Below are positions 9,717 through 19,363 of a stretch of 64,000 nt of DNA, piece by piece. The notes under the pieces are model-generated. The model was not told the origin of the DNA and made no database searches. It was given only the letters and a program-made list of their open reading frames with translations. Source of the DNA: Parcubacteria group bacterium (lineage in GTDB: Bacteria > Patescibacteriota > Minisyncoccia > Moranbacterales > UBA11712); assembly GCA_041659065.1 (NCBI GenBank), contig JBAZYY010000005.1:974-64973 (forward strand), in the 5' to 3' direction. The position numbers and the translations under genes are program-made. How positions within the stretch are numbered: the stretch's first letter is position 1; each line of letters opens with the position of its first letter.

Positions 9717-11123
9717 CTAATACCTATAAAGGTCTGATTTAAACGGTCCATTTTCCGGAATTCCAAGATATTGCGCCTGTTCTTTGGAGAGTTTCGTGAG
9801 CTTCACTCCGATTTTTTCGAGGTGGAGCCTGGCTACTTCTTCGTCCAGCTTTTTGGGTAGAGTATAGACCCCGATTTTATATTTTTTCGTCCAAAGTTCG
9901 ATTTGGGCCAGCACTTGGTTTGAAAAACTGTTACTCATCACAAAGCTCGGATGTCCCGTCGCGCAGCCGAGGTTCATTAGCCGCCCTTCAGCTAGAATAT
10001 ATATCTCACGTCCGTCCGAAAAAACATATTTATCGACTTGCGGTTTGATATTTTCTTTTTTGACGCCAGGAGCTTTATTAAGATTGTCAACTTGTATCTC
10101 GTTATCGAAGTGCCCAATGTTGCACACAACCGCCTGATCCTTCATTTTTTTCATATGCGCGAGCGTGATGACGTGGAGGCTGCCAGTGGCAGTGACATAT
10201 ATGTCTCCTTCGCCAAGAGTTTCTTCGATGGTTTTCACTTCATATCCTTCCATTGCCGCCTGAAGCGCGCAGATCGGGTCAATTTCAGTGACAATCACTC
10301 TTGCTCCCTGCCCGCGAAGAGCCTGAACGCAGCCTTTCCCCACCTCCCCATAGCCACAAACAACAGCGGTTTTTCCCGAGATCATGACATCCATCGCCCG
10401 ATTAAGCCCGTCAATGACTGAATGGCGGCAGCCATAAATATTGTCGAATTTGCTTTTGGTCACCGAATCGTTGACATTGATTGCCGGAAAAAGAAGTCCG
10501 CCTTTTTCAAAGCGCTGATAAAGCCGATGCACGCCGGTCGTTGTTTCTTCCGAAACGCCTTTGATGCTTTTTGTGACGCCCGTCCACCGGTTCGGGCTTT
10601 TTTGGTATTCTTTTTTCAATATTTTCATGAGCTCCTGAAAATCAACCTCTTTGTCACTGTAATCCTTTTGGAGCAATTTTGGATTTTTTTCAACTTCCGT
10701 CCCAAGATGAACCAAAAGCGTCGCGTCCCCGCCGTCATCGACAATTAAGTTCGGGCCTGTTCCGCCTCCGAAGTCGAGGGATCGCTCGAGACACCACCAA
10801 TATTCTTCGAGGGTTTCGCCTTTCCACGCGAATACGGGAATACCCGCTTTGGCTATCGCTGCTGCCGCATGATCCTGCGTTGAAAAAATATTACAGCTTG
10901 ACCACCGGACTTTAGCGCCCAGTGCGACGAGCGTTTCAATGAGCACTGCTGTTTGGATCGTCATATGGAGTGAACCGGTAATCTTCACGTTCTTTAGGGG
11001 CTTCTTATCTGCATACTTTTTTCTAATTGCCATCAGGCCCACCATTTCCTTTTCGGCAATTATAATTTCTTTGCGCCCCCACTCGGCGAGCTTGATATCT
11101 GCAATTTTGTAATCTACTTTCAT
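9717..11123 (-). CDS. ahcY: Adenosylhomocysteinase
   Basis: [56 protein letters not shown]. Confidence 0.98.
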   Translation of the reverse strand: MKVDYKIADIKLAEWGRKEIIIAEKEMVGLMAIRKKYADKKPLKNVKITGSLHMTIQTAVLIETLVALGAKVRWSSCNIFSTQDHAAAAIAKAGIPVFAWKGETLEEYWWCLERSLDFGGGTGPNLIVDDGGDATLLVHLGTEVEKNPKLLQKDYSDKEVDFQELMKILKKEYQKSPNRWTGVTKSIKGVSEETTTGVHRLYQRFEKGGLLFPAINVNDSVTKSKFDNIYGCRHSVIDGLNRAMDVMISGKTAVVCGYGEVGKGCVQALRGQGARVIVTEIDPICALQAAMEGYEVKTIEETLGEGDIYVTATGSLHVITLAHMKKMKDQAVVCNIGHFDNEIQVDNLNKAPGVKKENIKPQVDKYVFSDGREIYILAEGRLMNLGCATGHPSFVMSNSFSNQVLAQIELWTKKYKIGVYTLPKKLDEEVARLHLEKIGVKLTKLSKEQAQYLGIPENGPFKSDLYRY

Positions 11124-11158
11124 AGAATTTTAAAATTGAATAATTTAATAATTTGTTT

Positions 11159-11189
11159 GAAAATTGAAAATTAGAAATTGAAAATTGAA
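11159..11189. repeat. Heptamer array (intergenic)
   Basis: GAAAATT GAAAATT AGAAATT GAAAATT. Confidence 0.7.
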
Positions 11190-11199
11190 CCAACATTGA

Positions 11200-12144
11200 T
11201 TATAGTTGCACATTTTCTCTGTAAGAAGCTTTGTATCTTTTCCTGAACTCTGCTAGCGAAAAATGGTGTTCTTGCGTCCCATACTTTTCAATCGCAAAAC
11301 TTGACGCAACGCTTCCGATCCTCGCGCACATTCTTAAATTATATCCCTTTTCAAGACCTAGCAAAAATCCCGCCCGGTAGGCGTCCCCCGCGCCGGTCGG
11401 ATCTTCAATTTTTTCCGGCCGACATGCCGAAACCAAGATTTTCTGCTTGCCGCGAGATTCAATCCGAGATCCTTGTTTGCCGCAAGTCGTCACTAGCGTT
11501 ACCACTTGCTTCAAAATTTCTTGTTTATCCCAGCCCATCCTTTTTTGAACCATTTTTATTTCATAATCATTGCCAATTAGAATGTCCGCCTGGCTAATAG
11601 CCGCTTCCAATTCTTTTTCTGAAAAAGCCGGAATTTGTTGACCTGGGTCAAAAATTGTATTTATGCCGCTTTTTGAACATTCAGCCAAGTGCTTAAGCAT
11701 CACGCCTTTCTCTGTTGGAGATATTATGGCCCATTTTGGCTTTTTGCCTTTCTCACCAGAAAGAATGTCCGGCGCAAAACCAAGCGCGCCATTGTAGAAA
11801 GCGGTAATTTGATTATCATCGAGATCGGTCGTGATATAGCATGAAGCGGTAAAAAGTTTTCTGTCTTTTAATATTTTACTAGTTTTGATGCCGAGTCTTT
11901 TCAAATAATTAATGTATTCGTCCCCGTCCTGACCAACAGACGAAACGATGATCGGATCTGCTCCGAGCTTTTTCAGATTATAGGCAATATTTCCCGCAGT
12001 TCCACCCTTGCTTTTTCCCAGCTTTTCCACCGTGAAACAAACATTCAGGATATGAATATTGTCGGGCAGAATATGATTTTTGAAACGATCCGGAAAGTCC
12101 ATGATGTTGTCATAGACCAACGACCCGGAAACAAGAATTGACAT
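11200..12144 (-). CDS. PfkB-family carbohydrate kinase, probable adenosine kinase
   Basis: SGSLVYDNIM, GGTAGNIAY, DPGQQ, DPTGAGDAYRAG; true start is ATG 12144 because the longer ORF overlaps the tRNA. Confidence 0.88.
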   Translation of the reverse strand: MSILVSGSLVYDNIMDFPDRFKNHILPDNIHILNVCFTVEKLGKSKGGTAGNIAYNLKKLGADPIIVSSVGQDGDEYINYLKRLGIKTSKILKDRKLFTASCYITTDLDDNQITAFYNGALGFAPDILSGEKGKKPKWAIISPTEKGVMLKHLAECSKSGINTIFDPGQQIPAFSEKELEAAISQADILIGNDYEIKMVQKRMGWDKQEILKQVVTLVTTCGKQGSRIESRGKQKILVSACRPEKIEDPTGAGDAYRAGFLLGLEKGYNLRMCARIGSVASSFAIEKYGTQEHHFSLAEFRKRYKASYRENVQL

Positions 12145-12162
12145 AGTATTGGTTTTTAATAG

Positions 12163-12247
12163 CGGAGAGGGAGGGAGTCGAACCCTCGATACCTTGCGGT
12201 ATACCCGCTTTCCAAGCGAGCGCACTAGGCCACTATGCGACCTCTCC
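12163..12247 (-). tRNA. tRNA-Ser(GGA), CCA not encoded
   Basis: Reverse complement GGAGAGG..CTCGC-TTGGAAA-GCGGG, long variable arm, GGTTCGACTCC T-arm, acceptor stem closes with CCTCTCC-G. Confidence 0.95.
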
Positions 12248-12346
12248 AGCTTTTGTATAATATCCCATTATAAAGCTAAAATCAAGCTTTTTAGCTTGAT
12301 TTTATGCAGCTTATTATGATACGGATTGCTTTTAATAGGATTAAAT

Positions 12347-12408
12347 AAAAAAACAACCCCCCATCATCACTTGAAACTTGCGTGTTACACACAAGTGACG
12401 ACGGGAGG
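12347..12408 (-). terminator. Intrinsic terminator of the PEP-CTERM-like gene
   Basis: 17-bp stem (12357-12373/12392-12408) with G-U pairs on the minus strand, followed by a U-rich tract. Confidence 0.75.
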
Positions 12409-12433
12409 CAGAAAGAGCACCGGAAACGCAAGT

Positions 12434-13309
12434 TTACGCCTTGCGCCTCCAGAAGAAAAGGCCGATCAAACCAGAGCCCAGGAGCATCATCGTCCCTGGG
12501 ATTGGGATCGGTGGCGGCGGAGGGGGAGGAGGATATGGTGGGGGTGGAAAGGGTGGGGGTGGAAAGGATGGGGGTGGGTATTCCGGAGGACTGCCTCCAC
12601 CTCCTCCACTGGAAACTCCTCCCGGACTGCATATTCCCGCATAATACGACGGAACACCAGTAACTGAAGATCCGGTTGGGGGAATATATCCCGCTGGTCC
12701 GCCAGGACCCCAACCTCCCTCGGGAAAAATAAGAGTATACTCCGCCTTAACCTTTGAATTCCCACAAAATGCAGTCGCCCATCTGAATTTCAGCAGACCG
12801 CTTATTCCAAGCCTGCGAAAGATTTCCTGGGGAATCCTAATGGTGATAAGATACTCACCATTTTTAAGGTCGGCCCAATCAACCTCTGCTTGACCCACCG
12901 GAATTCCTCGCCTAGCCTGAACTTTAATAAAGCTCCCGTCTGGATTCCTGCCATAATCAAGACCGGGAATTTGGGCAAACATTTCTGAGGTCGCCCAAGC
13001 GGAGTCAAACAAAACCAGCCCACGTCTATACTCCGATAACTTCACGGCAAGAATGCCGGATTCAGATTCAATCCGAAGATCCGCGATATTATCGCGAATC
13101 CCTGCATGCGGTCCAGGGTAGTTTGTTTTCATTCGAGGCACGACATAGCCATTCTCCTCACATACAACTATGTCGTGAGTCCGAAAAATATCGGGTCCAA
13201 GATATTTTTCCAATGTCCCTTCCCGAGAGAGAACATCCGCCATTGTTACGTTAACCCCTGTATACGGAAAGAGCGACAGTGCCAAAACGAAAATGACTAT
13301 AGGGCGCAT
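12434..13309 (-). CDS. Secreted protein with Gly/Pro-rich linker and PEP-CTERM-like sorting tail
   Basis: Signal peptide; poly-Pro repeats; C-terminus PIPIPGTMMLLGSGLIGLFFWRRKA; SD AAGGAGG upstream. Confidence 0.8.
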   Translation of the reverse strand: MRPIVIFVLALSLFPYTGVNVTMADVLSREGTLEKYLGPDIFRTHDIVVCEENGYVVPRMKTNYPGPHAGIRDNIADLRIESESGILAVKLSEYRRGLVLFDSAWATSEMFAQIPGLDYGRNPDGSFIKVQARRGIPVGQAEVDWADLKNGEYLITIRIPQEIFRRLGISGLLKFRWATAFCGNSKVKAEYTLIFPEGGWGPGGPAGYIPPTGSSVTGVPSYYAGICSPGGVSSGGGGGSPPEYPPPSFPPPPFPPPPYPPPPPPPPIPIPGTMMLLGSGLIGLFFWRRKA

Positions 13310-13359
13310 CCTGCTCCCTCCTTTAACTATGATTTTTAAGGTTGCAATCCTGAAGAGCT

Positions 13360-13388
13360 ATCTTGGCACAATAAAAAAGCTTTGTCAA
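13360..13388 (-). promoter_or_regulatory. Possible sigma70 promoter
   Basis: TTGACA-17 nt-CAAGAT (weak -10, preceded by TGn). Confidence 0.4.
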
Positions 13389-13432
13389 ACTGAAGTTAAC
13401 ATTCCAAAAACGCTAAAAGAAGCTAATATTGG

Positions 13433-15862
13433 CTATTTCTCTATCTTCGCGATCTCAATCATTGTCTTGATGACCGTGTCGGGATTGAGAGAGATGGAAT
13501 CGATTTTTTCAACTACCAAAAATTTGGCAAAATCCAAGAAGTCCGACGGCGCTTGGCCGCAGATTCCAACCTTTCTTCGCGCTTTATGAGCTTTGAAGAT
13601 TACTTGTCGGATGAGTTCTTTTACGGCTTCGTTTCGTTCATCATAGACATGCGAAACTTTGGCGCTGTCGCGGTCAACTCCGAGCGTAAGCTGGGTGAGA
13701 TCGTTCGAACCAATTGAAAAGCCGTCAAAAATCTTAGAATATTCACTCGCAAGAATTACATTCGAGGGAATTTCACACATTACATAGACCTGAAGCCCAT
13801 TCTGACCCCGTTTAAGCCCATGTTTTTCCATCTCCGCCAATACTTTTTTGCCTTCTTCGACTGTACGGCAAAAGGGAATCATCGCTTTAAGGTTCGTAAG
13901 CCCCATCACTTCCCGAACTTTTTTAAAAGCCAAGCATTCGAGGCGAAACCCTTCCATATAGTCCGGATCGTAATATCTCGAAGCCCCTCGCCAGCCGATC
14001 ATCGGATTTTCTTCCGCCGGCTCAAAATATCTTCCACCAACCAAAGTCGCGTACTCGTTTGTTTTAAAATCGGACATCCTAACAATTACATCTTTGGGAT
14101 AAAAAGCCGCGCAGATCCTTCCGATTCCTTCAGCCAATTTGTCCACGAAGAATTCCTCTTTGTTTTTGTATCCATAAGTCAGCTCATTGATTTTTTTCTT
14201 CTCATCCTTGTCTTTCACCTTTTCAAAATGCACCAGCGCCATCGGGTGGACCTTGATGTATTCGGTGATAATAAATTCTTCACGCGCGAGCCCCACTCCG
14301 TCATTGGGGATAAATGATAGGTCAAAAGCCTGATCAGGGTTGCCGACATTCATCATAATCCTGGTTTTGGTCTTTTTAATCTCTTTGAGATTAGTCGTCT
14401 TGATTTCGTATTTCAATATTCCTTCATAAACTTTTCCTTCTTCGCCTTCGGCGCAGCTGATCGTCACGGACTTTGTGTCTTTAATGGCGCTGGTTGCGTT
14501 TCCCGTTCCAACAATGCACGGAATACCAAGTTCGCGTGAAACAATCGCCGCGTGCGAAGTCCGTCCACCGGAATTTGTGACAATCGCTGACGCAATTTTC
14601 ATTATCGGCTCCCAATCCGGATCTGTCATTTCCGTGACAAGCACTTCTCCTTTTTTAAATTCTGAAATTTTTGCGACATCCTTGATGACATTGGCGCGTC
14701 CCGCTCCAATTTTTCCTCCCACGGCCGCTCCGACACACAAAACTTTGCTTTTATCCTTCAAAATATATTCCTCCAACACATTTTTCTTTTTCTGCGATTG
14801 AACCGTTTCCGGCCGCGCTTGCACAATGAAAAGCTGGCCGCTTCTACCGTCTTTCGCCCACTCGATATCCATCGGTTTTTTATAGTGCTCTTCGATCAGA
14901 ACCCCCCAATCCGCAAGTTCGACTGCTTCACTGTCCGTGAGGCAGAACCGGCGCCGGTCTTCTTGGGAGACAATCGCGTTTTGAGTCGAAGAAGTTCCCC
15001 CAACGCTGTACACCAGCTTACTTTCCTTGCTACCTAGTTTTTTCCCGATGATTGATTTAAATCCCTTTTTAAGCGTTGGCTTATGCACGATGAATTCATC
15101 CGGGTTTACCTTACCTTTCACTATATTTTCTCCGAGCCCCCAAGATCCATTAATGATGATGGCGTCCTGAAAACCCGATTCGGTGTCAATCGTAAACATA
15201 ACTCCGCTTGAAGCTTCATCCGAACGCACCATTTTTTGCACGCCGACGGAAAGCGCCACGCTGAACTGGTCAAATCCTTTATCGTACCGATAAGAAATCG
15301 CCCGATCCGTAAAAAGGGAAGAAAAACATTTTTTTATGGACTCAAGCAATTGGTATTCCCCCGTAACATTAAGATACGATTCCTGCTGCCCGGCGAATGA
15401 AGCGTCAACCAGATCCTCGGCTGTCGCACTCGAGCGCACTGCGACATCGACACCGCCTGCAAAATGATTAGTATGGTCAAGCTTGTCCCAGCTTATCCTA
15501 AAACTTTTGCGCGGACTGTAAGCATGGGAAAGCTTGGAGTAGGCTTCTATAATTTGATTTCTGAGATCAACCGGAAATTCAGCCGAAAGAATCACCTGGC
15601 GGACCCGATAACCCCGCTCCGCGAGATTGCGCATGTTGGACGTATCCAGCCCCTTGAGTATTTTCTTTATCTCCTGGTCCAGCTCGTTTTGGGAGATGAA
15701 ATAGCGATAGGCCTCCGCGGTAACAGAAAAACCATCCGGGACTCGAATACCCTTCTTCTTCAAATTGGTATACATCTCGCCAAGCGAAGCGTTTTTCCCG
15801 CCAACGAGTTCAATGTCGGCTATTCCCGTTCCTTTGAACGGAAGAATATATTTTTGTTTCAT
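13433..15862 (-). CDS. ppsA: Phosphoenolpyruvate synthase
   Basis: VGGKNASLGEM, VAVRSSATAED, SFAGQQ, GGRTSHAAIVSRELG, FSIGSNDLTQ. Confidence 0.98.
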   Translation of the reverse strand: MKQKYILPFKGTGIADIELVGGKNASLGEMYTNLKKKGIRVPDGFSVTAEAYRYFISQNELDQEIKKILKGLDTSNMRNLAERGYRVRQVILSAEFPVDLRNQIIEAYSKLSHAYSPRKSFRISWDKLDHTNHFAGGVDVAVRSSATAEDLVDASFAGQQESYLNVTGEYQLLESIKKCFSSLFTDRAISYRYDKGFDQFSVALSVGVQKMVRSDEASSGVMFTIDTESGFQDAIIINGSWGLGENIVKGKVNPDEFIVHKPTLKKGFKSIIGKKLGSKESKLVYSVGGTSSTQNAIVSQEDRRRFCLTDSEAVELADWGVLIEEHYKKPMDIEWAKDGRSGQLFIVQARPETVQSQKKKNVLEEYILKDKSKVLCVGAAVGGKIGAGRANVIKDVAKISEFKKGEVLVTEMTDPDWEPIMKIASAIVTNSGGRTSHAAIVSRELGIPCIVGTGNATSAIKDTKSVTISCAEGEEGKVYEGILKYEIKTTNLKEIKKTKTRIMMNVGNPDQAFDLSFIPNDGVGLAREEFIITEYIKVHPMALVHFEKVKDKDEKKKINELTYGYKNKEEFFVDKLAEGIGRICAAFYPKDVIVRMSDFKTNEYATLVGGRYFEPAEENPMIGWRGASRYYDPDYMEGFRLECLAFKKVREVMGLTNLKAMIPFCRTVEEGKKVLAEMEKHGLKRGQNGLQVYVMCEIPSNVILASEYSKIFDGFSIGSNDLTQLTLGVDRDSAKVSHVYDERNEAVKELIRQVIFKAHKARRKVGICGQAPSDFLDFAKFLVVEKIDSISLNPDTVIKTMIEIAKIEK

Positions 15863-15962
15863 GTTTTTTATATTTGTTTAATCAAAAAGTACTCTTTGTT
15901 TAATTATAACATAAAAAAAGAATGTAAGAAACATTCTTTGATTGATCAGTAATTTTCAGCCT

Positions 15963-17447
15963 TTATTTTATTTCATCCACCTTGACCAAGCTCATGTGTT
16001 CTTTTTTTACATGCGGGCGTCCGGCAACCATTACCACCCTTTCGCCTTTTTTCAGCATCTTGTTTTTCTTTAAAGTTTCGATGGATCTGTCAATCAGCTC
16101 GTCCAAGTCCCGACAGTTGGGCAATATGAAGCTATGTACTCCCCAGACCAAAGAAAGTTGACTGTGCGTCTTGGGATTATTGGTCATCACATATATTTCC
16201 TGCTCTGGGCGATGGCGCGTAATCATTCTGGCCGTGAAACCGCTCATGCTGGCCACTACAATCGCCTTAGCTCCGCTGTCTTTTAGAAGCTCATGCGCCG
16301 CCTGCGCTACTGCCGCTGAAACAGATGCGGTCTGATCACCTAAAAATCCATGGGCCAAATCGTCAAAAGGCGATTCCTCAGTCCGCTCGATGATTTTTTT
16401 CATTGTTCTGACTGCCTCTACTGGGTATTTCCCACTCGCTGTTTCTCCGGAAAGCATGACTGCATCGGCATGGTCAACAACCGCATTCGCGACATCACTA
16501 ACCTCTGCTCTAGTAGGCCGCGGATTTCTAATCATCGAATCCAGCATTTGAGTCGCAACAATCACGGGCTTAGCCGCCCTGACGCACTTGGCAACCATTT
16601 CTTTCTGGAGTATCGGCAAATTTTCTTGCGGCATTTCTATCCCCAGATCCCCGCGCGCTACCATCACGGCATCAGTCGCTTTTAATATCTCATCAAAATT
16701 TTTCATGGCTTCACGCCGTTCTATTTTCGCGATTACTTGCGGGAGTCCTTTTTTGTTTTTGGATCTTTTCTGAATTATTTTTTTAAGATTCTTGATTTCC
16801 TTCGCGTTTCTTACGAAAGACAGGGCGATAAAATCCACCTCCTGGGCCAGGGCGAAATCCAGCACCTCTTTGTCCTGCTCAGTGAGCGCGCCCAATTTCG
16901 CGGATATACCGGGAATATTAACGCCCTTTCTGGGTTTTATTACTCCGTCGTCAGCCGCCCGACACTCGATTAAATTATTTTTTTTATTTACCGCTTTGAG
17001 CTTGATTAATCCGTCTTCAATCAGGATTTCATTGTCTTTTTTTATCAGCTTTGAACCATCCGGAAAATCCAGGAAGATAATTTTACGGTTTTCTTTCTTT
17101 TTATCGGAATGCGTTTTGGGCTGTTCGGACGTCACATACACCGTTTCCCCTTTTTTTATTTTCATTTCCTTTTTATTCGCAATCCTGATTCGAGGACCCT
17201 GCAGATCCGCCATTATCCCGATTGGCTGCTTTGTTCTTTTGCTGATTTCCCGCAGCATTTTAATAACTCTCTGGTGCGATAAAAAATCCCCGTGCGAGAA
17301 GTTGAGCCGCGCAACGTCCATCCCGCCTTTTAGCATATCCTCAAGTACTTTTTTCTTGTCAGACGCCGGACCGATTGTGGCTATAATTTTTGTCTTTTTC
17401 CCGCCGTAAGCGGATCTGCCCCTTGCAGACATGTTGCCATTCATCAT
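15963..17447 (-). CDS. pyk: Pyruvate kinase
   Basis: TKIIATIGPAS, ARLNFSHG, IAKIER, VMVARGDLG, ATQMLDSM, MLSGETA. Confidence 0.97.
   Translation of the reverse strand: MMNGNMSARGRSAYGGKKTKIIATIGPASDKKKVLEDMLKGGMDVARLNFSHGDFLSHQRVIKMLREISKRTKQPIGIMADLQGPRIRIANKKEMKIKKGETVYVTSEQPKTHSDKKKENRKIIFLDFPDGSKLIKKDNEILIEDGLIKLKAVNKKNNLIECRAADDGVIKPRKGVNIPGISAKLGALTEQDKEVLDFALAQEVDFIALSFVRNAKEIKNLKKIIQKRSKNKKGLPQVIAKIERREAMKNFDEILKATDAVMVARGDLGIEMPQENLPILQKEMVAKCVRAAKPVIVATQMLDSMIRNPRPTRAEVSDVANAVVDHADAVMLSGETASGKYPVEAVRTMKKIIERTEESPFDDLAHGFLGDQTASVSAAVAQAAHELLKDSGAKAIVVASMSGFTARMITRHRPEQEIYVMTNNPKTHSQLSLVWGVHSFILPNCRDLDELIDRSIETLKKNKMLKKGERVVMVAGRPHVKKEHMSLVKVDEIK
17400..17430. repeat. Double mini-hairpin element at the pyk N-terminus (encodes SARGRSAYGG)
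   Basis: Minus strand TCTGC-AAGGG-GCAGA followed by CCGC-TTACG-GCGG; related to 35250-35277. Confidence 0.6.
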
Positions 17448-17503
17448 TTTTATATTAAATCAAGCATATTATTAACTCGCTCCTTACACTCCGATTATAC
17501 ACT

Positions 17504-17536
17504 AAAACAGACAGCCTCAAAAGGGCTGCCTGTTTT
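17504..17536 (-). terminator. Probable intrinsic terminator
   Basis: AAAACAG(A)CAGCC..GGCTG(C)CTGTTTT. Confidence 0.65.
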
Positions 17537-17563
17537 ATAAAAAGCACTACTGCGCGAAACACT

Positions 17564-17911
17564 TTAGCTTATTAGTTTGAATCCTCCGATAAGAGGAAGT
17601 TCTTTCATTTCGCCTTTCGCTCCGTTAATTATTCCCATGATAGCAACTACGATAAGAAAGATTGAGCCCAAAGGCAGAATAATAAACCAGCCAATAAAAG
17701 GTATAACTCCGCCAACAATATTCACTACAATAGCGGCCAAGAGAAGATTTAGTTGCTGGTTGGCGTGGAATTTCGCGAATGGGCTATTCTTGGCGTCTGT
17801 TACAAGCGGAATGAAAAAAAGAATCGGAATGATATACCCAATAATTGCCATGGCTTTGTTTTTTTCCACATCCCCGGCCTCAGCCTTTGTTTCTTTTTTT
17901 TCTTCGGTCAT
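17564..17911 (-). CDS. DUF4870-like small membrane protein
   Basis: KNKAMAIIGYI..FFIPL..SPFAKFHANQ..GIINGAKGEMKELPLIG; SD GAGGTG before ATG 17911. Confidence 0.8.
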   Translation of the reverse strand: MTEEKKETKAEAGDVEKNKAMAIIGYIIPILFFIPLVTDAKNSPFAKFHANQQLNLLLAAIVVNIVGGVIPFIGWFIILPLGSIFLIVVAIMGIINGAKGEMKELPLIGGFKLIS

Positions 17912-17988
17912 TTTTTCACCTCGCTTTCTGTTTTGAAGATTTTTATTTATCCGAATAACCTCTAAGTTTTCTGGTTTCCTTGATTGTA

Positions 17989-18432
17989 TTAAAGCATACT
18001 TTCCAGCTCCCGCAAAATATCCTCCGGAATAGGATCTCTTTTGGGACTCACGCCCGGATAGCGCCACGCGCTGATTATGCGTATTTTCGGTGTTTCAAAA
18101 CTTTTGACTTTTGATTTTTGACCTTTGACTTTTTTTTCGTACATCGCCCAAATTTCGCTACTCCAGACTCGTTTCCCCTCCTTTGTGCGGAGTGATGTCG
18201 GCCCGCCTCGCGTCGACTCTCCTTGATTCGGCGAAGCAGGCAAGCGGACAAAGCGAGTCGAGGCGGGCTGCATAACTGCGATTGTGTTTTTTACGATTCC
18301 TTCTTCCGTTCTTTTCGGATTTTTCACCACCCGCAAAATCCTTTGCGCCGTGAGGCCGTATTGCTTCATCTTGTATGCCGCGTGTTGCGTCCACTCGTAT
18401 TTTTCCGTGTTTTTTGGAATCTTGAACCGCAT
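17989..18432 (-). CDS. Hypothetical protein (DUF4258/RelE-like pattern) carrying repeat-derived inserts
   Basis: WTQHA..KM..YGL..RV.KNPKR.EEGI..EIWAMY..IRIISAWRYPG. Confidence 0.7.
   Translation of the reverse strand: MRFKIPKNTEKYEWTQHAAYKMKQYGLTAQRILRVVKNPKRTEEGIVKNTIAVMQPASTRFVRLPASPNQGESTRGGPTSLRTKEGKRVWSSEIWAMYEKKVKGQKSKVKSFETPKIRIISAWRYPGVSPKRDPIPEDILRELESML
18101..18135. repeat. Heptamer array in frame (KKVKGQKSKVKS)
   Basis: CTTTTGA CTTTTGA TTTTTGA CCTTTGA. Confidence 0.75.
18201..18268. repeat. GC-rich palindromic element in frame
   Basis: GCCCGCCTCG (18201-18210) / CGAGGCGGGC (18259-18268) perfect inverted repeat; related to 60032-60066. Confidence 0.7.
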
Positions 18433-18436
18433 AGAA

Positions 18437-19189
18437 TCACTTCTTATTTTTCTCCGTCGGCAGCAGCTCCCACAAAGTTTCAAAAACAGCTTTGAAAGTG
18501 TCGACCATCGGCTGGAGCGAAATGAGCACTGCTAAGGAGCTCAGATTTGTATCAACGACGAGCACCTTGTCGTGATAAATATCAATCGAACTTTTGAGAT
18601 TATATGTTTTTGGCAAAAATTTGTATTCGCGCAAAGGCTCAGTTGTTTTTTTAACGTTTTCCCGCGAATCCTCGGAAAAAAGCATGCGCGTTTTGATGCC
18701 GAGCCTGGCGCGGTCCTTTCTGTATTGCCTGACAAACTCCGGATCCAGGCTTTCCCAAGAAATATCGCTTGAGATCACGTAGTATCGATCCCTTTTTCGA
18801 TTTTTGTATTCTGCCTGGATGTCCAGATAGAGCTGTTTTAATTCTTCTTTTGTTTCAATGAAGCGCATACCAAACAGTTGAGCCTGCTTTTTTTCCATTG
18901 ATTCAAGCGTTGGAATAAGCTTGTTAAAAACATCCAGCTTTTTTTCAAACAAGCTTGCTAATTTCTTAGGCGAGACAGGATGATAGTATTTTCGACTTTT
19001 GCGAAAATAAACTAAAACCAGATTTTTGCTCGCCAGCGACTGCAAAATAGCATAGACAGTCGTTCTTTTAACCCCCATTTCGCGCGCCACCGTGCTGGCT
19101 AATCCTCCACCCAACTTCAAAAGCGCAAGATACGCCTCAACTTCCTGCTCCGGCAGCCCCAAGTCTTTGATTATTTTCACATTGTCCAT
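18437..19189 (-). CDS. TrmB-family transcriptional regulator
   Basis: LGLPEQEVEAYLALLKLG..VAREMGVKRTTVYAILQSL HTH; C-terminal SIDIYHDKV..FETLW. Confidence 0.9.
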   Translation of the reverse strand: MDNVKIIKDLGLPEQEVEAYLALLKLGGGLASTVAREMGVKRTTVYAILQSLASKNLVLVYFRKSRKYYHPVSPKKLASLFEKKLDVFNKLIPTLESMEKKQAQLFGMRFIETKEELKQLYLDIQAEYKNRKRDRYYVISSDISWESLDPEFVRQYRKDRARLGIKTRMLFSEDSRENVKKTTEPLREYKFLPKTYNLKSSIDIYHDKVLVVDTNLSSLAVLISLQPMVDTFKAVFETLWELLPTEKNKK

Positions 19190-19277
19190 ACGGTGTCTAA
19201 AATATACAACACTTATATTAAGTATGATTATTTTATCATTTATAAGCTAAATTGTCAACATGTATAGTCCTCTATTA

Positions 19278-19305
19278 TTGACGATTATGTTCATCAGGCT
19301 ATAAT
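19278..19305 (+). promoter_or_regulatory. Sigma70 promoter
   Basis: TTGACG-16 nt-TATAAT. Confidence 0.65.
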
Positions 19306-19363
19306 TACGGGTCAAAATAAAAACAAAGGGCGCAAGCTCTTTTAAAAAAGGAGATTTCCTAAA

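Noticed and set aside
12145-12225. N-terminal extension of the PfkB kinase in the ORF track
   Set aside because: It overlaps tRNA-Ser; the real start is ATG 12144
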